DNA of 15,505 bases. It comes from Candidatus Ratteibacteria bacterium (GTDB lineage Bacteria > Ratteibacteria > UBA8468 > B48-G9 > JAFGKM01). Made by a program: the position numbers and the translations under genes. The notes beneath the pieces were generated by a model, which saw nothing but the letters and a program-made list of their open reading frames with translations, was not told the DNA's origin and ran no database searches. Positions 1 to 7,398 of this stretch are shown here, in pieces. The stretch lies in the NCBI GenBank assembly GCA_046296715.1, contig JBKBIN010000003.1, positions 74,755 to 90,259 on the forward strand, given 5' to 3'. How positions within the stretch are numbered: the first letter of the stretch is position 1; each line of letters begins with the position of its first letter.

Positions 1-783
1 TTTATTAAAAATAAAATCAATATTAAACCAGAGATAGGAATAATTTTAGGGACTGGATTAGGTGCTCTTGCAGATAAAATAAAAGATAAAATAATTATTC
101 CTTATAAAGAAATACCTAATTTCCCTATTTCTACAGTTGAAACGCATATGGGAAATTTAGTTTTTGGAAAAATTGGAAATAAAAATGTTGTTGCAATGCA
201 GGGAAGATTTCATCTATACGAAGGATATACACCTTACCAAGTTGTTTTTCCAATAAGGGTAATGAAATTTCTTGGAATAAATATACTTATTGAATCTAAT
301 GCTGCAGGTGGATTAAATCCCCTTTTCAATAAAGGAGATCTTGTTATAATAGTTGATCATATAAATCTTACTGGACAAAACCCTCTTGTAGGAGAAAATG
401 ATGAAAGATTTGGTCCAAGATTTCCTGATATGTCTTGCCCTTATTCTAATGAACTTATTGAATTAACTGAAAAAGTAAGTATTGAAGAAAAAATACCTGT
501 AAAAAAAGGAGTTCTTGTTGGACTCCTTGGTCCTAATCTTGAGACTAAAGCAGAATATAGGTTTTTAAAGATAATAGGTGCAGATATGGTTTGTATGTCA
601 ACAGTTATAGAAGTTATTGCTGCGGTTCATCTTGGACTTAAAATACTTGGCATTTCTGTTATTACTGATATGTGTTTACCTGATGCACTAAAACCAGTTT
701 CATTTGAAGAAATAGTTGAAGTTGCAAATTCAGCTGAACCAAAATTGACAAAAATAATAGAAAAAGTTATAATAAAAATATGA
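1..783 (+). CDS. punA: Purine nucleoside phosphorylase (trimeric PNP family), 5'-truncated by the window edge
   Basis: Frame 1 is open from base 1 (FIKNKINIKPEIGIILGTGLG...), so the gene starts upstream of the ORF-track start at 148. Motifs: GIILGTGLG, IPNFPISTVETH, MQGRFHLYEG, SNAAGG, DHIN, GPRFPDM, GPNLET, MST. Confidence 0.95.
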   Translation, partial: FIKNKINIKPEIGIILGTGLGALADKIKDKIIIPYKEIPNFPISTVETHMGNLVFGKIGNKNVVAMQGRFHLYEGYTPYQVVFPIRVMKFLGINILIESNAAGGLNPLFNKGDLVIIVDHINLTGQNPLVGENDERFGPRFPDMSCPYSNELIELTEKVSIEEKIPVKKGVLVGLLGPNLETKAEYRFLKIIGADMVCMSTVIEVIAAVHLGLKILGISVITDMCLPDALKPVSFEEIVEVANSAEPKLTKIIEKVIIKI

Positions 784-935
784 AAAAGGAAATACAAACT
801 AAAGCAAAAACCAAACCAAAAATAACAATTAGATGTAGAAATTGTTTTATGGTTGATAGTTATATAATAGAAGAAGGCAAAGAAGTAAAATGTAAGCATT
901 GTGGCGCCAAAATTTATACGATAGATGCAATTTAA
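780..935 (+). CDS. Small zinc-ribbon protein, 51 aa (CxxC-x15-CxxC); not in the ORF track
   Basis: ATG at 780 overlaps the PNP stop (ATGA). Translation MKKEIQTKAKTKPKITIRCRNCFMVDSYIIEEGKEVKCKHCGAKIYTIDAI*, TAA at 933-935. Two CxxC knuckles (C19/C22, C38/C41). It fills the gap between punA and rpsU. Confidence 0.8.
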   Translation: MKKEIQTKAKTKPKITIRCRNCFMVDSYIIEEGKEVKCKHCGAKIYTIDAI

Positions 936-945
936 AATAAAAAAG

Positions 946-956
946 TAAGGAGGTGA
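946..956 (+). promoter_or_regulatory. Extended Shine-Dalgarno sequence of rpsU (TAAGGAGGTGA)
   Basis: 11-nt match to the complement of the canonical 16S rRNA 3' tail, ending 6 nt before TTG at 963. Confidence 0.85.
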
Positions 957-962
957 GTTATA

Positions 963-1133
963 TTGGTGAATAATACCAATTTTGAGAAAATATTTAGGCA
1001 ATTTAAAAGGGAGGTAGAAAGAGAAGGGATAATAAAAGAAATAAAAGCAAGGGAATTTTATGAAAAACCAAGTGAAATAAGAAAAAGAAAAAAGATAAGA
1101 AAATATAGACCACATTTAAATTCTACTAAATAA
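963..1133 (+). CDS. rpsU: 30S ribosomal protein S21 (56 aa from TTG 963; alternative GTG start at 966); not in the ORF track
   Basis: Translation (M)VNNTNFEKIFRQFKREVEREGIIKEIKAREFYEKPSEIRKRKKIRKYRPHLNSTK* carries the S21 signature F..FKR....EG...E...REFYEKPS..RKRK. Strong SD upstream; an in-frame TGA at 954-956 prevents a longer N-terminus. Confidence 0.93.
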   Translation: MVNNTNFEKIFRQFKREVEREGIIKEIKAREFYEKPSEIRKRKKIRKYRPHLNSTK

Positions 1134-1134
1134 A

Positions 1135-2091
1135 ATGCCTTCCTTAATATATACAATTTCTTTGAATTCAAGCATAGATTTTTCGTTTTATTTAGACAAT
1201 ATTATAGAAGATGATGTAAATAGAATAAAAAAAATAAGAGTTGACCCTGGTGGAAAAGGTATAAATATTTCAAGAATGTTAAAAAAACTTGGAGAAAGTT
1301 CAATTACTATAACCTTTCTTGGAAAAGATAATGGAAAATTTTATGAAAAATTACTTAAAAAAGAAAAAATTAAGATTATACCTATTCCAATAAAAAATAA
1401 TTTAAGAAATATTTACAACTTCATATCAAAAGAAAGAGTTTTTAGATTTAATGAAGAAGGTCCTTTGATAAGCAAACAAGAACTTGATAAATTTTGGAGA
1501 ACTTTGTTGAATTTAGATTTTAAAAAGGGTGACTTTATAGTTATGTCAGGGAGTATTCCTCCTGGAATAAAAAATAATATTTATGCAGAAATTATAAAAA
1601 GGACAAGAAAATTTAAAGTTTTTCCAGTAGTTGATGCTGACGGAAATATTTTGAGAGAAAGTATTAAGGAAAAACCTTTTATAATAAAACCAAATTTAAA
1701 TGAACTTGAAAGATGTTTTGAAACAAAGATTGAAAATTTTGAAACATTAAAAAATATATGTATTTCTTTAATAAATTCTGGTATTCAAATTATTCTTGTG
1801 ACTTTTGGAAAAGATGGAGCAATATTATTTACAAAACAAAATTTACTTTATTCAAAACCACCGGAAATAAGTTTTAAAAGTACTATTGGATGTGGAGATG
1901 CCTTTTTAGCAGGTTTTTTGTATAAATTAAAAAGAAAACAATCCTATGAAGAATGTTTGAAGTTTGCAGTTGCCTGCGGAACAGGTAAAACTGAAAAAGA
2001 GGGAACACAAATGCCCTCTTTTGAACGAATAAAAAGAATTTTAAAACATGTAAAAATTTATGAAAATCCTACCTACATTCCTCTTTTTTAA
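1135..2091 (+). CDS. 1-phosphofructokinase / tagatose-6-phosphate kinase family hexose kinase (PfkB family)
   Basis: SLNSSID, PGGKGINIS, SGSIPPG, VDADG, IKPNLNE, STIGCGDAFLAG motifs of FruK/LacC/PfkB. Starts 1 nt after the rpsU stop. Confidence 0.9.
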   Translation: MPSLIYTISLNSSIDFSFYLDNIIEDDVNRIKKIRVDPGGKGINISRMLKKLGESSITITFLGKDNGKFYEKLLKKEKIKIIPIPIKNNLRNIYNFISKERVFRFNEEGPLISKQELDKFWRTLLNLDFKKGDFIVMSGSIPPGIKNNIYAEIIKRTRKFKVFPVVDADGNILRESIKEKPFIIKPNLNELERCFETKIENFETLKNICISLINSGIQIILVTFGKDGAILFTKQNLLYSKPPEISFKSTIGCGDAFLAGFLYKLKRKQSYEECLKFAVACGTGKTEKEGTQMPSFERIKRILKHVKIYENPTYIPLF

Positions 2092-3040
2092 AATCTTGGC
2101 TTTGTTTCATGTTAAAAATTAAAAAAATAAAACCACCTATCAAACTATTTAAAACTACAGATATAAGAACTAAAACAGAAAGTGCATAAGCATTTTGTTT
2201 ACCAATAAAATCTGAAAATAAAAAGATATAAGTATATTCCCTAATTCCAAGTCCTCCAAGAGAAGGGATTAAGGTAGATGTCCAGATCAAAGGAATAAAT
2301 ATAAAAAAGAATAAGATATTTAAATTATCTTTGACAATTGAAAGACCTATAATATATTGGGAAAAAATTGAAAGAATTTGGAGAATAAAACTTAATAAAA
2401 TTGCGATTTTGAGATTTTGCCTATTTTCTGTAAAATAGAAATTAATTGCATTATATAAATTCAAAAGTTTTATATCTAAAAATTTAGGAACAACTTTTTT
2501 TATTTTTGAATAGAGAAATGAGGCGATTTCTCTTTTTGAAAAAAAACAAAAAAAGAAAATTAGAAAAAAGAAAAATGCAAAAATTGAATAACAAACCTTC
2601 TTTTCGTTTACTTTGTAAAATAAAATAGAAATTGTTCCCATTGTCATAATAGATAAAGCACCTATATATCTATCAATAAGAATAGAAATACCACTTAAAA
2701 ATTTTTTTTGTTGATCTTTGACAACATAAAAAATTTTTACAATATCACCACCTGCAGAAGTTGGAAGGAAATTATTAAAAAACAAACCTATCATTGTAAT
2801 TTTCCAGATTAAAAAGATTGAAAGTTTTTTTTTGAAATAGATTTCAAGAATATATTTAAATCTTAAAGCAAGTAAGAAATTTATAAAAAATATTAAAAGA
2901 TATGCAAAACTCAAAAGAAAGAAATTAGCGCTCTTTATAATCTGAAAAGTTTCTTTGAAATTGAAATTTTTTAAAATTATATAAATAAAAAAAACGCTTA
3001 TAAAAATCCTAATAAATGTAAAAAAGATATTTTTTTTCAC
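2069..3040 (-). CDS. Lysylphosphatidylglycerol synthase TM region / flippase-like membrane protein (UPF0104 family)
   Basis: Highly hydrophobic, with FFNNFLPTSAGGD, DR and IPSLGGLGIRE motifs. GTG start overlaps the upstream TGA (GTGA). Confidence 0.85.
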   Translation of the reverse strand: MKKNIFFTFIRIFISVFFIYIILKNFNFKETFQIIKSANFFLLSFAYLLIFFINFLLALRFKYILEIYFKKKLSIFLIWKITMIGLFFNNFLPTSAGGDIVKIFYVVKDQQKKFLSGISILIDRYIGALSIMTMGTISILFYKVNEKKVCYSIFAFFFFLIFFFCFFSKREIASFLYSKIKKVVPKFLDIKLLNLYNAINFYFTENRQNLKIAILLSFILQILSIFSQYIIGLSIVKDNLNILFFFIFIPLIWTSTLIPSLGGLGIREYTYIFLFSDFIGKQNAYALSVLVLISVVLNSLIGGFIFLIFNMKQSQDFKKEECR

Positions 3041-3612
3041 TTTTTAAGTAGTTTTAAAATCTCTTTTCCAAATTTTTCTGCTGCTTCGGGTCCATTCCCA
3101 GTTACTATATTCCCATCAACCTCTACCATTTTTTCAGTATAAATCGCTCCCTTTTCTTTCAAAATATTTGCTATACTATAATAACAAGTTGCTTTTTTAT
3201 TATTTAAAATTCCTGCATTGGCTAAAATCCCAGGTGCAAGACAAATTGCACCTATCACCTTTTTATTTTTATAGAAATTTTGAGCAAGTCTTATTGCGGT
3301 CTTATTATTGAATAAAACCTGCGTCCCGCTGCCACCAACAAAAATTATTCCATCATAATCAGTTTCTTTTATCTCTTCAATACTCATGTTGACATTTATT
3401 TGCATTCCTAACATTCCTTTTGCTATTCCCTTTTTTGTAGAAGCAATATCAATAGTAAATCCTTCTTTTTCAAGTATTTCTTTAGGAATTTTTAATTCTT
3501 CATCTCTAAAATTTTCAAAAGCAATAACCATTAAAATTTTCTTTTCTTTCCCCAAAGCATATAAATTTAAAAGTAATAAGATTAAAAAAACTATAAGACT
3601 TTTAAGTTTCAT
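3037..3612 (-). CDS. DJ-1/PfpI family protein with an N-terminal signal peptide
   Basis: FRDEE, DYDGIIFVGGSG, GAICLAP (catalytic Cys), KKATC, VEVDGNIVTGNGP. ATG at 3612 is preferred over GTG at 3618 because GGGGGTGA precedes it like the other SD-led genes here. Confidence 0.9.
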   Translation of the reverse strand: MKLKSLIVFLILLLLNLYALGKEKKILMVIAFENFRDEELKIPKEILEKEGFTIDIASTKKGIAKGMLGMQINVNMSIEEIKETDYDGIIFVGGSGTQVLFNNKTAIRLAQNFYKNKKVIGAICLAPGILANAGILNNKKATCYYSIANILKEKGAIYTEKMVEVDGNIVTGNGPEAAEKFGKEILKLLKK

Positions 3613-4024
3613 TTTCACCCCCTTTTTCGCTATTTCTATATAACTCTTTTATTTTATGCAGAATACCATTAATAAATTTGGGAGAGTCTTCGTCACCGTA
3701 TTTTTTAGATATTTCAATCGCTTCATTTATACTTACTGCCGAAGGAATATCTTTTCTAAAAACAATTTCATATGTCCCTATTCTTAAAATATTTCTATCA
3801 ATATAACTCATCCTTTTTATATCCCAATTTAAAGAAACTTTAGATATTATCTCGTCTATTTCTTTTATGTTTTTAATTACTCCTTCTATTATTTCTTTAG
3901 CAAAACCTTTTACTTTTTCATTCTGTGATAAATCTTCAAAAAGAATTAACTGATCTTCTTTTCCAGTTATATCTATCTGATATAGAATTTTCAAAGCAAT
4001 TTCTCTTCCTTTCCTTCTAATCAT
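3602..4024 (-). CDS. nusB: Transcription antitermination factor NusB
   Basis: N-terminal RRKGRE arginine-rich motif, then LYQ, IDRNILR, INEAIEISK and FINGIL. Confidence 0.95.
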   Translation of the reverse strand: MIRRKGREIALKILYQIDITGKEDQLILFEDLSQNEKVKGFAKEIIEGVIKNIKEIDEIISKVSLNWDIKRMSYIDRNILRIGTYEIVFRKDIPSAVSINEAIEISKKYGDEDSPKFINGILHKIKELYRNSEKGGENET

Positions 4025-4031
4025 AGTTTTT

Positions 4032-4061
4032 ATTTTATCATTATGACTTAATGAACATCAA
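4032..4061 (-). promoter_or_regulatory. Putative sigma70 promoter for nusB, likely leaderless
   Basis: Minus strand: TTGATG (4061-4056), 18 nt, TAAAAT (4037-4032) preceded by extended -10 TG (4040-4039); 7 nt to ATG at 4024; no SD. Confidence 0.6.
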
Positions 4062-5409
4062 TCCAAACTTTAAAGAATTTCCATCCATCTGATAAAAATT
4101 TTTCATCTGGCCATATTAAAACTCCTTTATATCCATTCTTCCAAATTGTTGTCAATTTATTTATAATATCCGATGCTTCTATTTCACCTAAAATAACAGG
4201 TTTTTCTAATAGAAGTTCATAAAAGTGATAATCTAAACAAACATTATTTTCAAAACTATCATAATAATGAAATTGGTAAAAATCAAGATTAAATTTTTTA
4301 TAATTGCTTAAATAAATTCTTGAAAGTGCTCCAACTGTCACTTTTTCTTTTTTTCTATATTTTTTTATTAACTTAATGAATTCTGAAATGAAGTTTTCTA
4401 TTTTTGAACTTTCTATTCTTAAATGTTCTGGTTCATTTATAATATCCCATCCGTAAATAAGATTTTTAGTATCAATTTTTTTGAAAAAATCTGCAAAAAG
4501 AAATAATAATTTTTTCTGTAAATTGATATCATTAAAAATCTCAGAATGTTCTCCTACTTTTATTCCATTTTCTTCATAAATACCGTCAGCAATTGTATAA
4601 TCAAAAATAACAGGTAAAATTTTCATATCAGTGCTTTCAGCAACTTCAATTAATGTTGAAAAATCCTTATAAACATAGTTATCAAAAATAAAATCACCTT
4701 TTTCATTAAAAATCACTCCACTCCTTAAATCACAAAACAAAAAGACTCTCACAACTTTTGCTCCAATTTTTTTAAAAAAATTAAATTTTTCTATAAGAAT
4801 CAATTTATTTGAAGAAAAACCGCCGTGTTTGCCTTCCCACGGGTTTCTTCCAATATCCCATCCATAATTTATCCATGGAAGATTAATTCCAGAGTTAAAA
4901 ACAAAATCAGTATTTCTCAAATTTATTTCTTCTATTTTTTTACCATCTTTAGAAATGTATATCTTTTCACCATTTTCATTAAATAAAAAATAATGATAAA
5001 AATTCCCAATTGTTAATTTCCTTAAAAGTTGACCTGTAAAAATTTCATAAAATTTTATTTCAGTATAATTATTTTTATGGTATACAACTCCAATTACATA
5101 ATTATTTGGATGCCATGCAATAGATTTTAAATCATTTGGACTTTCATTTTCTTCAAGAACTTTAATTTCTTTTATAAATTGCCCATCCTTAGAAAACAAA
5201 CCAATCTTACCATAGCCATATGGCTCTAACTCTTTCAAAAAAAATTCACTATTATGAGAAATAGCAATGTTATTTCTGTCCAAAACACCAGATGGTGAAA
5301 AAACAGCGTCTTTTCTATCAGTAAATATACCAATTTTTTCCTTTTCAACAGAATGAAAATTTGAAATACATCCGCACAAGATAATTAAGAAAAAAACATA
5401 TTTCTTCAA
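4048..5409 (-). CDS. Putative lipoprotein: N-terminal beta-propeller-like segment plus C-terminal clan GH-A / GH5 glycoside hydrolase (beta-mannanase-like)
   Basis: TTG start 2 nt after the upstream stop. Lipobox-like LCGC (C14). WD40-like repeats (AVFSPSG, IAWHPN, FLFNENG). GH5 motifs SGINLPWINYGWDIG, VVRVFLF, WDIINEPE (E326), DFYQFHYY, KPVILGE (E409), GVLIW. Confidence 0.75.
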   Translation of the reverse strand: MKKYVFFLIILCGCISNFHSVEKEKIGIFTDRKDAVFSPSGVLDRNNIAISHNSEFFLKELEPYGYGKIGLFSKDGQFIKEIKVLEENESPNDLKSIAWHPNNYVIGVVYHKNNYTEIKFYEIFTGQLLRKLTIGNFYHYFLFNENGEKIYISKDGKKIEEINLRNTDFVFNSGINLPWINYGWDIGRNPWEGKHGGFSSNKLILIEKFNFFKKIGAKVVRVFLFCDLRSGVIFNEKGDFIFDNYVYKDFSTLIEVAESTDMKILPVIFDYTIADGIYEENGIKVGEHSEIFNDINLQKKLLFLFADFFKKIDTKNLIYGWDIINEPEHLRIESSKIENFISEFIKLIKKYRKKEKVTVGALSRIYLSNYKKFNLDFYQFHYYDSFENNVCLDYHFYELLLEKPVILGEIEASDIINKLTTIWKNGYKGVLIWPDEKFLSDGWKFFKVWIDVH

Positions 5410-5411
5410 TT

Positions 5412-6110
5412 TTATTTTTTTTCTTTTTTTTCAACTACAATTTCAGCTTCTTCATATTTTTTAAGCAGGTCTACAAGTTTTTCTGCTTCTTTTGGTATAG
5501 GGACTTCTTTGAAAAGTATATCTTTTAATTTTAAACCTTTTTTCCCATAAAATTCTTCATTCGCCTTATCATCTGCAAAAATTGCTCCTCCTTCAATAGA
5601 CAAACCACCAAAAACACCTTTACTTCTTCCATATGCAAGAATACCAACCCCTGGAGAAACTTTTCCTTCAAATTCTCTACCAACAGGACCAGCAGCAACG
5701 CTAATATCTGTTCCAATTTTAACCTTTGTCTTTGTAAGCATTTTTAAACCATCTTCATTCATTATTAAAAGTATTAAATCTGTCATTTGAGCACCAATTT
5801 GCCATCCAAAACTAACCTGAACAGAAGCAACAAAACCAGGCGCACTCCAAGTTCCTTTTTCTTTATTTCTTGAAATTATAATTCCTTCTCCACCTTTTCC
5901 TCCTATTATAAATCCACCCTTAAACTGTCTTATAAAAATAATCCCATAACATTCTTTTATAAGATATATTGGGATTGAAACATCTGATTGTGTTAACATA
6001 TATTCAAGAAGATCTTCAGCCATTCTAATCCTTTTTATATATTTATCCTTTGGAGCAGAAAATCCTTGTTTGAGAAATAAAATCATTAAAAAGATTAAAA
6101 TTTTTTTCAT
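5412..6110 (-). CDS. Lipid-binding SYLF (YSC84/DUF500) domain protein with signal peptide
   Basis: KGGFIIGGKGGEG, WSAP, SFGWQIGAQ.TDLILL, SVAAGPVGR, SKGVFGGLSIEG, ANEEFYG. SD GGGAGG upstream. Confidence 0.9.
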   Translation of the reverse strand: MKKILIFLMILFLKQGFSAPKDKYIKRIRMAEDLLEYMLTQSDVSIPIYLIKECYGIIFIRQFKGGFIIGGKGGEGIIISRNKEKGTWSAPGFVASVQVSFGWQIGAQMTDLILLIMNEDGLKMLTKTKVKIGTDISVAAGPVGREFEGKVSPGVGILAYGRSKGVFGGLSIEGGAIFADDKANEEFYGKKGLKLKDILFKEVPIPKEAEKLVDLLKKYEEAEIVVEKKEKK

Positions 6111-6126
6111 ATTTTACCTCCCTTTT

Positions 6127-6155
6127 ATTTTATAAAATTCTAAAATTTAAGGCAA
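6127..6155 (-). promoter_or_regulatory. Putative sigma70 promoter for the SYLF gene
   Basis: Minus strand: TTGCCT (6155-6150), 17 nt, TAAAAT (6132-6127), followed closely by SD GGGAGG (6122-6117). Confidence 0.55.
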
Positions 6156-6536
6156 CCCTTCAACTGCAATAAAAGAATCTTCAGGAGGAATTGAAATACC
6201 TTTTTCCTTTTTCATTATATCATACTTAAGTATTTTAAAATTCTTGTCAAGATAATAAATCTTTATATCTTCTTTTACAGAACCATATCCTTGATCAACA
6301 TTTGTAAAAATTACATTCTTGGGAATATTAGGGAAGATAATTATTGTATTTTTCATTTCTTTTAATGTTGCTCCTGCAAAACCTTGATTAGATAGTTTAT
6401 CTGTTTCTGCAATAAGTATTCTGACATTTTTAAATTTCATCTGTGGCCATTCATTGAATTCAATCCTTTGGATTTTAGAATAACTTATTGTTCCACATAT
6501 AAAACCTAAAATAAAAACATAAAATAAATTTTTCAT
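6147..6536 (-). CDS. Exported hypothetical protein, divergent DUF192 (UPF0127)-like
   Basis: Likely start MKNLF at 6536 (1 nt after the RidA stop, GAGG upstream). Hydrophobic N-terminus. The pattern IAET....QG ... IIIFP ... IKIYYLDKNFKI ... AVE parallels DUF192 (VADT....RGL / MLF / LDIIFLD / VLE). Confidence 0.55.
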   Translation of the reverse strand: MKNLFYVFILGFICGTISYSKIQRIEFNEWPQMKFKNVRILIAETDKLSNQGFAGATLKEMKNTIIIFPNIPKNVIFTNVDQGYGSVKEDIKIYYLDKNFKILKYDIMKKEKGISIPPEDSFIAVEGLP

Positions 6537-6537
6537 T

Positions 6538-6924
6538 TTATCTTTCCTCCTCAATTATTGCAATTGCTTCAATTTCAATAAGAGCATTTTTTGGAAGATT
6601 AGAAACTTCAACTGTTGTTCTTGCTGGTTTATTTTTAAAATATTTTGCATAAACATAATTCATCTTTTCAAAATCCTTAATATTTTTTAAGTATATTGTA
6701 GTTTTAACAACATTATCAAGGTCTACTCCTACTTCATTTAGAATATTTTTCATATTTTCTATTACGATTTTTGTTTGAATTTCAATGTCTTCTCCAACTA
6801 TTTTACCTGTTTTAGGGTCAATCGGAATTTGTCCAGAAATAAAAATAAAATTTCTCCATTTAATTGCCTGTGAATAAGGGCCAACAGGTAAAGGTGCTTT
6901 TTCTGTTAGGATTCTTTCAAACAT
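6538..6924 (-). CDS. ridA: RidA (YjgF/YER057c/UK114) reactive enamine/imine deaminase
   Basis: [37 protein letters not shown] (catalytic Arg), LP...LIEIEAIA. Confidence 0.93.
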   Translation of the reverse strand: MFERILTEKAPLPVGPYSQAIKWRNFIFISGQIPIDPKTGKIVGEDIEIQTKIVIENMKNILNEVGVDLDNVVKTTIYLKNIKDFEKMNYVYAKYFKNKPARTTVEVSNLPKNALIEIEAIAIIEEER

Positions 6925-7391
6925 TTTTCAATTTCCTGCTTAACATAGTTAATATTTTCTTCAACTCTTTTGCCTTTTATTTCAATTTTACCTATAACTA
7001 TTCCTTCTTTAATCTCCACACTTTTTATAAATTCTTTCATTGCTCTATTTTTCATAAAACCACTTCCGTAAGTTATGAAAAGGAAAACTTTTTTATTTTT
7101 CAGTTCTGCAAATTTAAGAAAATTTTTAACATAAGGAGTTATCCTTCCTGCCCAAACAGGCGTTCCAAGAAAAATTAAATCATAATTTTCAAGATTAGGA
7201 ACTTTTTCTATTTCCCTACTTTTTCCTAAAATTGCTCTTATACAGTTTTTTAAAAAACTACTTTCCTTATTTTTTTCTTCCAATTCAAATAAACTTACAT
7301 CAAAATTTTTTTCTTTAAGAATTCTATAAATATTTACGGCAAGTTTTTTTGTATTACCAGTTAAAGAAAAATAAATTATAATTGTTCTCAT
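6906..7391 (-). CDS. Flavodoxin-family protein
   Basis: FMN-phosphate loop [33 protein letters not shown]. Confidence 0.88.
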   Translation of the reverse strand: MRTIIIYFSLTGNTKKLAVNIYRILKEKNFDVSLFELEEKNKESSFLKNCIRAILGKSREIEKVPNLENYDLIFLGTPVWAGRITPYVKNFLKFAELKNKKVFLFITYGSGFMKNRAMKEFIKSVEIKEGIVIGKIEIKGKRVEENINYVKQEIEKCLKES

Positions 7392-7398
7392 TAATATA

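Noticed and set aside
627..1115. 162-aa minus-strand ORF from the track
   Set aside because: F/Y-rich antisense shadow of punA, the zinc-ribbon gene and rpsU, which explain the region on the + strand.
3386..3643. 85-aa plus-strand ORF
   Set aside because: Antisense to DJ-1/nusB, no motif or SD.
4027..4046. Fur-box-like CATAATGATAA and the short TCAT-T-ATGA inverted repeat upstream of nusB
   Set aside because: Only half of the 19-bp box matches in very AT-rich DNA; better explained as the extended -10.
5531..5716. 61-aa alternate-frame ORF inside the SYLF gene
   Set aside because: Fully nested in a conserved gene, with no independent signals.
6864..7178. 104-aa plus-strand ORF
   Set aside because: Antisense to flavodoxin/ridA with Phe-rich shadow composition.
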